This document shows, piece by piece, positions 14,376 through 25,341 of a stretch of DNA of 64,000 nucleotides. The stretch spans positions 73,779,931 to 73,843,930 of the forward strand of contig NC_057718.1 of the NCBI RefSeq assembly GCF_004010195.1. Reading direction: 5' to 3'. The notes below the pieces were generated by a model. It worked only from the letters and a program-made list of their open reading frames with translations. It searched no databases and was not told the DNA's origin. Position 1 is the first letter of the stretch. Every line of letters starts with the position of its first letter. Both the position numbers and the translations under genes were made by a program. The DNA comes from Chiloscyllium plagiosum (taxonomy: Eukaryota).

Positions 14376-14557
14376 CAGAGGAACCTCAATTATCCGACTA
14401 CCAATTATCCAAAAATTGGATTATCCGAAGGAGATCTTGAGGTCCTGATGGAAACATTACATCAAAGTCGTGTTTCCAACAGTGATCGCATCTTTTGTTT
14501 ACAGTGATTAAACAGGCACCATCTCCAAATGACTGCCCCGCCTCTCTCTCTTTATCT
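14376..14557. mobile_element. One end of a pogo/Tigger-like DNA transposon
   Basis: TA followed by cagaggaacctcaattatccg, the same TIR family as 9956-10128; other end missing. Confidence 0.7.
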
Positions 14558-14916
14558 CGTATGGGTTACCCAGAGAGATTCAGTCAGACCAATGGTCTGC
14601 TAATCTGTTTAAGGAAGTCATGATAGCTTAAGGCATACAGTACTTTGAACCATCCTGAATCCCAGGGAGCTTTGGAAAGGTGGCAGCAGATCCTGAAAAC
14701 CATGGATTACCCAAGTGATTGAGCTAAAGATATACCATTCGTATTGTTTGCCATTAGAGATGCCCCAAAGGAATCTACTCAGTTTACTCCCTTTAAGTTA
14801 ATATTCGGACATGAAGTGAGAGGGCCTTTGAAATTAATTAAAGAAAAATTGATAGGAGCAAAGTCGGAGATCCCACACTTGGATTATGTATCTGAGGTGA
14901 GTGGGAGAGTAAATCA

Positions 14917-15393
14917 TAAGACCATGAGACATAGGAGCAGAAATGTTGCCATTCAGCCCATCAAGTCTGCTCAGCCATTCAATCATGGATGATAGGTTTC
15001 TCAATGGGCGGCATGGTGGCACAGTGATTAGCACTGCTGCCTCACTGCGCCTGAGACCCGGGTTCAATTCCCGTCTCAGGCGACTGACTGTGTGGAGTTT
15101 GCACGTTCTCCCCGTGTCTGCGTGGGTTTCCTCCGGGTGCTCCGGTTTCCTCCCACAGTCCAAAAGATGTTCAGGTCAGGTGAATTGGCCATGCTAAATT
15201 GCCCGTAGTGTTAGGTAAGGGGTAAATGTAGGGGTATGGGTGGGTTGCGCTTCGGCGGGTCGGTGTGGACTTTTTGGGCCGAAGGGCCTGTTTCCACGCT
15301 GTAATGTAATGTAATCTAATCAATCCCATTCTCCTGCTTTCTCCCTGTAAGCCTTGATCCCCTTTACAATCAAGAACCTATCCATCTCCGTCT
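14917..15393 (-). mobile_element. Short CR1 3' tail carrying a SINE
   Basis: taagaccatgagacataggagcag tail; TSD aatca (14912-14916 and 15394-15398). Confidence 0.7.
15006..15319 (+). mobile_element. Young full-length HE1-like V-SINE
   Basis: Starts gggcggcatggtggcacagtg; B-box-like ggttcaattccc; CpG-rich; (gtaat)n tail; TSD tcaat. Confidence 0.92.
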
Positions 15394-16589
15394 AATCAGG
15401 TGGTGAATTAGCTAAACAGCACCTGAAAAATGCACAGCATAGAATGAAGCAGGTGGCAGTGCAAACTCTAAAATTCAGACATTTTCCCATGGGGGTGACA
15501 TATTAGTATTGTCACCAGTGGTAAGGGATCCCTTCAAAGCCAGGTTTAGTGGTTCCCTATCAAATTAAGAAAATGTTGATTCACATAAACGATCTGGTAA
15601 AGATGCCAGATAGAAAAAAAACTGTATCAGGTATGTCATGTGAATATGCTGAAACTTTGAGTGATAGGAAATTGGAGAAACACGTGTTAGAACTGCCCCA
15701 CAGAGGAATCAAATCCAGACGACATGGACTTCGATGTGCCTTAAAATATGTTAAATAACGAGGAAGTCCTTGAGATGTGGGATAAGTTAGTGAACTATGT
15801 GGCTCAGGAGCAAAGAAACCAGTTGAAAGGTTTGTTGTAGCAGTATGAGGCCATCTGTAGGAATAAAATGAGGACTAATACTGTTGTGCATGAGGAGCAA
15901 GTAGGGAATGCTGTCCCAATAAAACAATACCCCTACAGGCTTAATCCTCTCAAATCTACACAAATCCAGAAGGAAGTGGATGCGATGTTCAAGGTATCAT
16001 CGAACCGAGACAGAGTGAGTGATGTTTGCTGATTGTGTTAGTTCCCAAACCTAACAGCATGTTATTTTCTTTAAATAGTGAAAATTAGGAGTTATTTGTC
16101 ACTCATATTTTAACAGTTTATGAAGCAAGATGAGCTTTTCTGGGTGCTTGGTTTAATTAAAAGGGGTTCACCTCCATCTCATAACACTAGTATTGCCAAA
16201 ACCCTCAGGACGTTGAGCTAAAAGTTAGGAAATGGATTTAGCCTAGTGAGATCTTTGTTGTCCAGTTCACACAATACGCCGAATAGTCTCCTCCTTTCTA
16301 AGTTTGATGATAGCAAATGTACGACTTGCCACTTTAAACGGAATGTGCTCAAACAGACAGTCTGCAGAAACATGCGGAGGAAAGAGAATGAGAGAAAAGC
16401 GTGTATATTAGAAAGAGAGCGCAATTATCTCCCCCCCCTTTCAGTGCACACCTCTCGTTAACACAGTATAATGAGCAATCAGGAACTGGCCATTCACTCT
16501 ACACAAGAATAGTGTGTCGGACCGATTCTGTCAAACCCTTCCGTCCAACACTAAAATGTGCATCTGTATTTTGTGGCTACTTTGGAGAA

Positions 16590-16663
16590 TACTCTTCGGA
16601 GGGTCGGTGGGACTTATTGGGTCGAAGGGCCTGTTTCCACACTGTCGGGACTCTATGATTCTA
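16590..16663 (+). mobile_element. HE1 SINE 3' tail fragment
   Basis: gaagggcctgtttccacactgt...ctatgattcta. Confidence 0.75.
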
Positions 16664-16974
16664 ACCACGAAGAGTACTAAAGGGAACAGATGTGAGCGAA
16701 GACAGGGAGGTAGAATCCCAAGAGAAAGGCTCTCCTGGTTCCGCTTTGTCCACTCTCCTTCCGGATCCTGGGCTACCTTTTCCGGTTCCAACTCCCTCGT
16801 CTTCCCTCCTGAGGCCGGGAGATTTCCCGTCCCCACTGAACTCCATTTCAAAATCGCAAGTTGGATAAATTCTTACACGATGATTTTATAACCATTTCTG
16901 TAGCGGTTCCCGAATGAGCACTCACACCCTCAACTAATATTTATTGTTTCTCCAATCGCTACTGCTGGAGCATA

Positions 16975-17118
16975 GATATCGCGGCGTCTCCCATCTAAAT
17001 GCGCATGTGCAAATATGCTTGACGTCTTGTTGCGCATGCGTTTGGTGAACGTCACAGGCGGTACTCCGCGGAGTTGGTGTATATAAAGGAAACGGCCATG
17101 TTCGACAGTCTCTTTGTA
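16975..17118 (+). promoter_or_regulatory. CpG-rich Pol II promoter with TATA box and TCT (5'TOP) initiator
   Basis: NRF1-like TGCGCATGTGCA 17000-17011 and TGCGCATGCG 17031-17040; CRE-like TGACGTC 17020-17026; TATATAAAG 17080-17088; YY1-like CGGCCATG 17093-17100; pyrimidine initiator tCtcttt at about 17110, 30 bp after the TATA. Confidence 0.85.
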
Positions 17119-19025
17119 TTCTCTGCCACGTGAGTAAGAACGGAGGCGATGTAGTTGTCTTCAAAAAGTATTTTTCTCAAAACGCTTCCTTTCCTGATGA
17201 TCTGATTATTGTTTCTTATTTTACCATAACAGAATGGATACTACATGACCATAATAAGAAACTAATTCTCTGGGGTGATAATGCGCGCCATGGATGGGAT
17301 CCCTGAGCTTAGTGGGGGAGGTTGTGCGGAGGGAGTCTTGGCACTGGAACAGTGGCTTTCACTTGCCGGAAATCTAGGTAATGTAAGACTGCTTGTATAA
17401 AGTGAATTCACTGAACATTGTTAATTATTAAAAACACCGCTATAACTAATTTGTTAAAATTTCAAACATCCTATTTTTCCGCCCCGTTTTTCGATCATTG
17501 ATCAAGCAAGTTGTAATACTTGAATGCCCCCAGAAAACATGAATTTATAATTTGACGGTTTTTTTTAAACACTGTCGATCTGTGTGTGTGTATATTGATC
17601 TCAATGTAAAACTGAGTCTGAAAGAATCTGTACGTGAAAGTCAGATTTTTAAAAACTTTTAATCTTTTTTTTCCCTTTTTGTTTCGGCCGTGCTACCCAG
17701 GCCCACAACTGTGGAAGCTTCTCTGCCCTGAAGACTTCAGTTGGTAGTATTCGCACCTGGATTTACAAAGTTGTGGGTTCAAGAACCTGAGGCTTGAACA
17801 TCAAAGTAGAAGGAAATCTGTGCAATGTTGTATTGTCAAAAGTGCTGCCTTTCAGTTAGGGTAAGTCCTGATATGCCATACTTTGTGTGTAGGAAAGAGT
17901 TATGACGTCCATATTTCTGAAAGTAAGGTGTCTGGGCTATTATCTCTCCAACTTTACTGAAAACAAGTTTGATTGGTAGATACTAATGAAATAGCAAAGT
18001 GTGCTTTTAAAATCTTTCTGTAAAGAACTGAATTGTCTATAGGATTTTTTTGTACCATGTAACTAAAATTTGTATCTCTTTCTTTTGGGGGGAGACTGTT
18101 CGTCTGTCCTAGTACCTCCAACAATTAATCCATGTGTAGTGGAGGCATGTTTTAAGTCCCAGTTTAAATAGTGTGACAAACTGAATTCCTGGTACTATTA
18201 AATGCTGGAAAGCTTTCCAGGATGCATTGATGCTTACACTTTGAACATTTGACACTCTGGGGCTAGAGCCATGTGTGTTTCTGCATTATCAGTTATTGGT
18301 GTCAGCATGGCTTTTTTTTTAAACTCCTTTTTGGTCAATTAATCCCTTTTGGAAAGTCTGGAGTTTTGTTACCTGGAGTTTATCCTTAGAAATCTGGTTT
18401 TCCAATTCTGCTCTGTCGAGTTCTAGTGGAACGCTTTCCTAATGTTTTACCACTCAGATCTGCAGTGGCACGGTGTTCTTTGCCTGTCTTTCTGCACGCC
18501 CTCATTTAGCTATCGCTACACTTTTCTCCCTTGGTTAGAGTCAATACAGCAGTCCATGTTAAATGTAATTCCAAACTAAACTAGTTTCACCTGCCTGCTC
18601 CTGACCCCTATCCTTTCAAAGCTTTCCTATTTATGTACTTATCCAAATGTCTCAACAGTTATTGTACCCATATAAACTGTTGCTTCAGGAAGTTCATTCC
18701 ATCTGCTAACCAACCTCAGTTTTAAAAAAAAAATAAAATTTCCCTTCATCTTTATTTCAAAATCTCAGTCGCTCCTCACCTTTAAATGTATGCTCACATT
18801 TCTGAATTCATCCACCTGAGAGAAAAGACAACTACCATTAATTCTCTGTACCCCTCGTTATTTTATAAATGTCTATAAGGCTCAACCTCCTATAGACCAG
18901 TGACACAAGTCCCAGCCTTTCTTGTAACTCAAGCGTTCTATACCTGGCAACTCCTGGTAAATCTCTTCTGGACCTCTCCAGCTTAACATACTTCTAGAAC
19001 TGGAGACTGAGGCCTCTTCTAGAAT

Positions 19026-19330
19026 ACAGTGGTTAGCACTGCTGCCTCGCAGCGCCAGAGACCCGGGTTCAATTCCCGCCTCAGGCGACTGACTGTGTGG
19101 AGTTTGCACATTCTCCCCGTGTCTGCGTGGGTTTCCTCCGGGTGCTCCGGTTTCCTCCCACAGTCCAAAGATGTGCAGGTCAGGTGAATTGGCCATGCTA
19201 AATTGCCCGTAGTGTTAGGTAAGGGGTAGATGTGTAGGAGTATGGGTGGGTTGCGCTTCGGCGGGTCGGTGTGGACTTGTTGGGCCGAAGGGCCTGTTTC
19301 CACACTGTAAAGTAATCTAATCAAAAAAAA
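19026..19330 (+). mobile_element. HE1-like V-SINE
   Basis: Near-identical to 15006-15319. Confidence 0.92.
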
Positions 19331-19705
19331 ATAGTGTCTTGTACAACCTCTACCAACTAGTATATTCAAAGACTGAACAATGAGGGAAAGCATGCTAAAC
19401 ACCTTCATAACCACTGTCTGTGACACAAACTTCCAAGAATTATGTACGTGAGCCCCGGTCCCACTATTTTAAACACTATCCAAGGCTCTTCTATTAATTG
19501 TATAAGCCCTACCCTTGGTTGTTCCAAAATGCAATGCCTTTTATCTAGATTGAACTCATTTTTCAGGCTATTGACCCATTTGATAAAGATTCCTTTGCAA
19601 ACTTAGAAAACCTTTTTCACTGTCCACAATGCTACCAGTTTTGGCATCATCCAAAACTTACTAACCATGTCTTCTATATTCTCATCCAAATCATTTATAT
19701 AAACA

Positions 19706-19952
19706 AGAGACCTAAGGGGCAATTTTTTCACGCAGAGGGTGGTACATGTATGGAATGAGCTGCCAGAGGATGTGGTGGAGGCTGATACAATTGCAACATT
19801 TAAGAGGCATTTGGATGGGTATATGAATAGGAAGGGTTTGGTGGGATATGGGCCGGGTGCTGGCAGGTGGGATTAGATTGGGTTGGGATATCTGGCCGGC
19901 ATGGATGGCTTGGACCGAAGGGTCTGTTTCCATGCTGTACATCTCTACGATT
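19706..19952 (+). mobile_element. CR1 3' fragment
   Basis: Matches 49042-49270 (gagacctaaggggcaa...catgctgtacatctct). Confidence 0.88.
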
Positions 19953-22083
19953 CCTGTAGAACACTGTTGATGGGCCTTCCGGCCTGAAAAGCAGTCCTTC
20001 ACTGCCACACTTTTTGTTTTACTTTCTTGCTATTAAGCCAATTATTATCCAATTGGCAAGCTCACCCTGAATCCCATGTAACTAACTTTAATAATTACTT
20101 AAAGCCTTTACAGTCCAAGTAAACACCATTTACCCCACTGCCCTCGATCTTCATAGTAACTACTTCAAATTCAATCAAGTTTGAGACACCATTTTTCTCA
20201 CACAAAACCATGCTGACCATATCTAAGCAATTTGTGCCTCCAAATGTCCATAAAGGCTATATTTAAAAGTCCCCTCCAATTTACCCACAACCACAGTCAG
20301 ACTTGTGGGTCTATGGTTTCCCGGTTTCTCTTTCAACCTTTTTCTTAAAGGTTGAACATTATCACCGCCCAGTCATAGATGTACAGCATGGAAACAGACC
20401 CTCGGGCATCTCATAGTTTTATGAGGGAAAAGTGTCTCTAAATTTCTTTGCATTATAGATGATAGAAGTACTTCTACAAGAGGTCTTGCAATTTCCTTCT
20501 TACTTCAATGTTTTGGGACATATTGGATCAGGTCCCAGAGATTTATCCACCTTTTTTATATTCTCAAAGACCTGAACTTGTCATGCAAGCTATTTTTAAA
20601 ATATCAATTACATCTACATCTTGATCTCTTTCTTCCTCACAGCACAAACTCTAAATTTACATTTAGTACCTACCATCTCGAGTTTTGACACAAGCAACCA
20701 CCTTGATCTTTAAGGGGGCCCTTGTCTCTTACATCACTTAATAATATATTTGTAGAATGTCTTGGATTATCCTAAACCTTGTCTGCAAATGCTATTTCAT
20801 ATTTCCTGTTTGCCTTCCTGCATTTTTTTTAGGAATGCCCCTATGCTCTTTATATTAAGAGATTGGGTCTTTTTCAGGTGAAATGGCATTTCACTGTACC
20901 ACCTCCAATCTTGTTTTTGCTACACACAATGTGGCCTATTGTGCCCCTAACTAGTCGGTGGTCTTCCACTATCAATTGCTTGGGTCTTGCCTAACCCTGT
21001 TCTACAGCAGAGCCAGCTGTAGTACCATAGGCCTGGCTGCTGATGTTACACTCCCCAGTGACAGTATCCAAAATGATACCCCTGTTAGAGGGGAATAGTC
21101 TTACCTACCTGCCCTTCCTGGTGGTCACCCCTCTACCGTACTGAACCCATTGGTGTGGCCACCTCTGTAACGTCTCTTATCACACTCTGCCCCCTATAGG
21201 CTCCTCAGTGTCCAACTGAACAACCTCCTCTTTGAGGAGCTGCAGCCAATCACACTTCTTCCAGAACTGTTGTCAGGGACATTAGACTGCTCCCTAACCT
21301 CACATCTTGCAGGAATGTGTCACTTTAGCCCAGTATCACTCAGTGAAGCCCAATTTTCACCTAAGCTGTGCTTATGCCAACTAGGAACACTAACTGGTTA
21401 CTTATATTACAATGCAATCTTCATAAACAGACTAAATACCCTCTCTAGGCTACAACACAACCCTTTAAATTAGAGGATGAAGTACAACAATGTTTGGGTT
21501 TTACTATTCCTTGACACTGGGTTCTTCCTCACTCTGCTGATCAGTTGTGTTAACTGAGCTGACTTCTCCCAGAATGCTCTTTGAAGTCTTGCTTCTGTCC
21601 TCCATTGGGCTTTGTACATAAAATGAAAGGTATGTTAAAATGCAAAAAGATTAAAAATATATCAAACACCAATAAAATCAATCACTTAGGTGATTAAGAA
21701 TTAACTGAATTAAAATGACCACTTTTTTCAATAAAGTCTTTGAAGAAAACAGCTAACTGTGTAGGGAAACAGTTTTAAAATGCATATCTTGTAGCTTCTG
21801 AACTAAGGTGTGGCAAGTATACTTCAGCTATTCAATGAAGGCCTCTAAAGCTAATTTTTTTCAAAAAACGTTCATGGTGTGAAAGATGCAATTTTTGAGT
21901 TTTCAAATGTTAATGCAACAAAATCAATTAAAATCTTGAAATTTTTTTAAACTTAATTGTTTAAACCTGCAATTCCGGGAGCAGCTGCAAGCTCTGCTCA
22001 TTGATTACTGAAATGTAAATGAAGTACACTACTACTTAGATATAGGCCAGTAGTTGAGCTACTGGTTTTTTGATTCTGGTCTT

Positions 22084-22149
22084 ATCAATGATGAGCAAAT
22101 CCCGAACCTGAAGTTCTGATGAGAAAGGTACGGATCTGACTGCTGAGAT
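22084..22149 (+). ncRNA. SNORD50: Box C/D snoRNA, SNORD50 (U50) family, copy 1
   Basis: C box ATGATGA 22088-22094, D' CTGA 22108-22111, C' CTGATGA 22116-22122, D CTGA 22143-22146; guides ATCCCGAAC and TACGGATCTGACT match human U50 as I recall it; short terminal stem atc/gat. Confidence 0.92.
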
Positions 22150-23351
22150 TTGACTGAATAAGTACAAAAGCTTAAAATTACAGGTGATCGAAACTCTGCT
22201 AGTCAGGCAGCATTTGTGGGAAAAACAATAACATGTCAGGATTCAATGGAAAGTCACTACCCTGAAATATTATTTGTTACGAGACGTATTGCTTCCTGTC
22301 CACCTTATTGACTTACTATGTAACAAAGTGACCTAATTTCTTTCCCTGTCTTCTGTTTAATTCTGACCCCCCCCCCCCCCCCCATGTGCAGATGTGACGG
22401 CACAATCCGTTCTACATGATGGATGACCCTCCAGAAGTTTGATCCTTGTTTTAGCAATTTGCATAGGTAACTGTTTTATTTAAATCTTCTCTGCTTTAAG
22501 ATGGCACATGATTAAGACCTGTGTTTGTAATTTGAATGGGATGAGCCAGTGATATATCTCCTTGGTGTTTCTGCAGTCCAGATGTAGTATCTTTATATAA
22601 AGGATGTCAAATTTCTGTAATTGAATGTTTCTGACTTTTGGACTAAGACTTGACATTGTGAAAACATGCTTCTGTTCATGTCATAGTCATAAATTTATGT
22701 GCAAACTTGACACTGCAATCCCAAAAGGCAATCTTTTATCTTGCCCACCAAGTCAGTGCCACTTTCAAAGAACAATAACATACTGAACTTAATGGCATTT
22801 GCAATTCTGTATGAGCACAAGTCAAAAATCAACTTTACTTTTGTAACATCTCCTAGCCCTTTTGACTTTTTCTGATAATGGGGAAACACTGGAACACTTG
22901 TGTCCTGTTTGCAACCCTTCTTGAGATTGTCTACTTATCTACTATTGCAGAATATGATTGAAGTTCAAGTTGCAATTTTACCTAAATCAGCTTAAGTGTG
23001 TAAGTACAAGTGTGGCGACTCGTGGCTTCCAGCTTTCACCTGCATTGTGATAATATACTCATACTACATGCTTTTTAGGTGGCCTGGCTATGCCTGAACT
23101 ACACTGAAGAGAATCTGCATTGACTGAATCTGATATGTGCTACAATAGAACGAAGTAAGCTTATTGTACAAATTTCAACATTTTGAAATTTTAGTCATGA
23201 TACTGGTATGATCCACTTGAGATTATTTTTTTCTTTTCCACAGTACTTTGGTAGCAGATGGAAGTTTGTTCTGATTTCAGGGTAATTGCAACACATACTT
23301 TGCAACACTAATTTTGAAGAAAATCTGTTTAGCTACATAGTTAACTAAAAT

Positions 23352-23432
23352 GGTCTAATCAGTGATGTTACTATCCCGAACCTGACATTTGTGATGAAAC
23401 ACTTAAACGGATCTGACTGCTGAGATTAGACC
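23352..23432 (+). ncRNA. SNORD50: Box C/D snoRNA, SNORD50 (U50) family, copy 2 (terminal stem included)
   Basis: C box GTGATGT 23362-23368, D' CTGA 23382-23385, C' GTGATGA 23391-23397, D CTGA 23420-23423; same two guides; perfect 9-bp stem ggtctaatc/gattagacc; lies in a short GT-AG intron (23282-23525). Confidence 0.93.
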
Positions 23433-23744
23433 TCAAATACACTTTTCAGTTATCCAGTATTATTTTGGTTATGCTAATATGGCTATACACTTAATTGGCC
23501 TTGTATGAATCCACGTGTCTTCCAGAACAAGTCAGTAGCAGTTAGCAAAATGTTGGGTAATTTCAGGATTTACTTTGTGTCAGCCATATCTTGTAGTCTC
23601 GTGCAGATCAAGTCAGACTTCTTTAATAATGTTAAGTCGGGTCTGCATTTGACAAGCTGCCAACATTAATAAATCTGGACTAAATTGCTTGTCATTTTGT
23701 TCACATAGCTGTTATGGTGAGGTTTGTGCACTCTTCCCCAGAAT

Positions 23745-24230
23745 GAGAATTGTTACAGCATGAGGTGGTGACCATTTGGTCTATTGCATCTGCACCGGCT
23801 CAAAGTGCATTCCATATTCTAATAACTTAGTGAATTTTCTCATCATTTTTGCATGTCACTTTAAATTCATGCCCTCCTGTCCCTAATATTTTTTAGGGAC
23901 AGCTCTATTCTGTCCAGCCCACTTTGGTTTTGAAAACAGTTATCAAATCTCTTAGCTCCCTTCTCTCCAAGGAGGACAGTCTCAATTTCACTCATCTATA
24001 AAATTACTTCAGGTTTCTAATTTCAGAAGCAATTCTATTAAATTGCTTCTGTTCTCCAATGTATTTATACTTTTAGTATAATGTGGCATCCACTGACAAA
24101 GTCAAATTGTGTACATCTCATGTTCACATCACTTTGCTCTTTGTACTGCATAAAGCTGAAGACACTGCTCTCTCCACCTGTTGTACCAACTTCAAATATC
24201 TGTAAATATATGCTCAGATCCCCCTGCTTC
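23745..24230 (-). mobile_element. Old CR1 3' fragment
   Basis: Degenerate similarity to 5680-6260. Confidence 0.65.
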
Positions 24231-25335
24231 TGCTTATCCCAGGCTCCTGTCCCAGAGGTGCATGACAAAGTAGCATTTGGTGTCAAGGCATCTTAAAGTA
24301 GTCAGATGAGTTGAGCTTTTAACTAGTTTTAAGTTGCCTTACCTGCAAAAGATTGGGGGTAACGTCTAGGTGGAAAGATCTGGACACTGCAGATATTCCT
24401 TGAGGGTAGTGTCCAATGCTGATCCATCTACAGGTGCTTCAGTAACCTTCCCTCAAAATCCAAAGTACAGATGTCTGTCAATGATTAAAATTGTTTGACT
24501 TTTTGTGCTTTCTCATAGCTGAAGCATACAGTATCTGCATACAGCAATACCTTGGGCTGTAAGCAACAACTGGCATGGTCTAGAAAAACTAATCTCATCC
24601 ACTATTAAGAGTAGCAACAGTGTGCAGATTGTTGTAAGAACTAGTTTGTTTTTGTCTTTTGTGGATTAAAATGGAAAAGGAACTATCTGTCTTCTGGTAG
24701 GTGGGTTGCACGTGAGCTGAAACAAAGCTGTCCAAATGGGATTGTTTGATCTCTCAGGCACAATTTGATCTCTCAGGCTTAAGTCTGACCTTGTACCACC
24801 TGAAAACAAGTGAAAGCATTAAAGAAGCAGGATTCTAATCAACACAATCGGTTAGCAAAACCTGTGAACAAAGACCACTGAGCTGCTTTCAGTTTCCCTC
24901 TTCCTAAGATGTGCAATGTTTTTCCCCCTGTGTGTAAAGGGACTAAAGTTAAATAATAAATACTTGCTATTTAGTTGTAGCTAAATTTTTTTTACAATGA
25001 ATGTACTTCTCCAGTAGTGAGTCATTTCTGGGAACCTGGATCCAAAAGTCAGGTTAACTTGGGAATTCTTGTACTGTAACTTTTTAGTGGTCACTGCAGA
25101 AACTCAGTTTAAATCAATTGAGGTTTGAGGCCTAATTAGAAACCTTATCAGTTTATCTTTGTTATAAAGAAAACAGTTGAATTAAAGCTGTAGCTTCCCT
25201 AATCTTGTCCATTTTATTCTCTCAGGTGTCATCTATAATCTGAAGACTCTGTAACCAGATATGCAGTTGACTTTGTCTTGGTGCACATTCTTGGATGACA
25301 ATAGTGTTTCCCAAGTTACAATATAACCAACAATT

Positions 25336-25341
25336 AATAAA
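25336..25341 (+). terminator. Poly(A) signal of the snoRNA host gene
   Basis: AATAAA about 110 bp after a strong acceptor (ccctaat...attttattctctcag, 25225), followed by T/GT-rich sequence. Confidence 0.6.

Larger units (their letters stand above)
12191..16186 (+). mobile_element. Gmr1-type Gypsy remnant (gag-PR-IN-RT order) with short terminal repeats
   Basis: Direct TG...CA repeats 12191-12314 and 16060-16186; coiled-coil gag; protease VPGIQFVFGN; integrase FAIRDAPKESTQFTPFKLIFGHEVRGPL upstream of the RT start (PIKQYPYRLNP). Confidence 0.85.
18535..21500 (-). mobile_element. Old deleted CR1 LINE in a host-gene intron
   Basis: Antisense CR1 tail at about 18537, RT remnants 19350-20800, ORF1-like remnant 20960-21320 resembling 11400-11750. 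Confidence 0.75.

Noticed and set aside
15006..15075. tRNA gene
   Set aside because: tRNA-derived SINE head running straight into the V-core; no complete cloverleaf or terminator.
14834..15163. Recurrent DCGRKPEHPEETHADTGR peptides
   Set aside because: Antisense translations of the V-SINE core, repeated at most SINE copies.
17194..17306. Possible third box C/D RNA (CTGATGA...GTGATAA...CTGA)
   Set aside because: C and putative D' boxes are only 1 nt apart, I recognise no target for the guide, and the region overlaps a better-supported splice acceptor and exon.
21573..21629. Additional host-gene exon (ctcccag|...aag|gtatgt)
   Set aside because: Splice signals are plausible but it lies at the edge of a CR1 remnant; cannot be supported without transcripts.
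22575..22645. Degenerate snoRNA between gtcca/tggac stems
   Set aside because: Has a CTGA but no acceptable C box and no recognisable guide.
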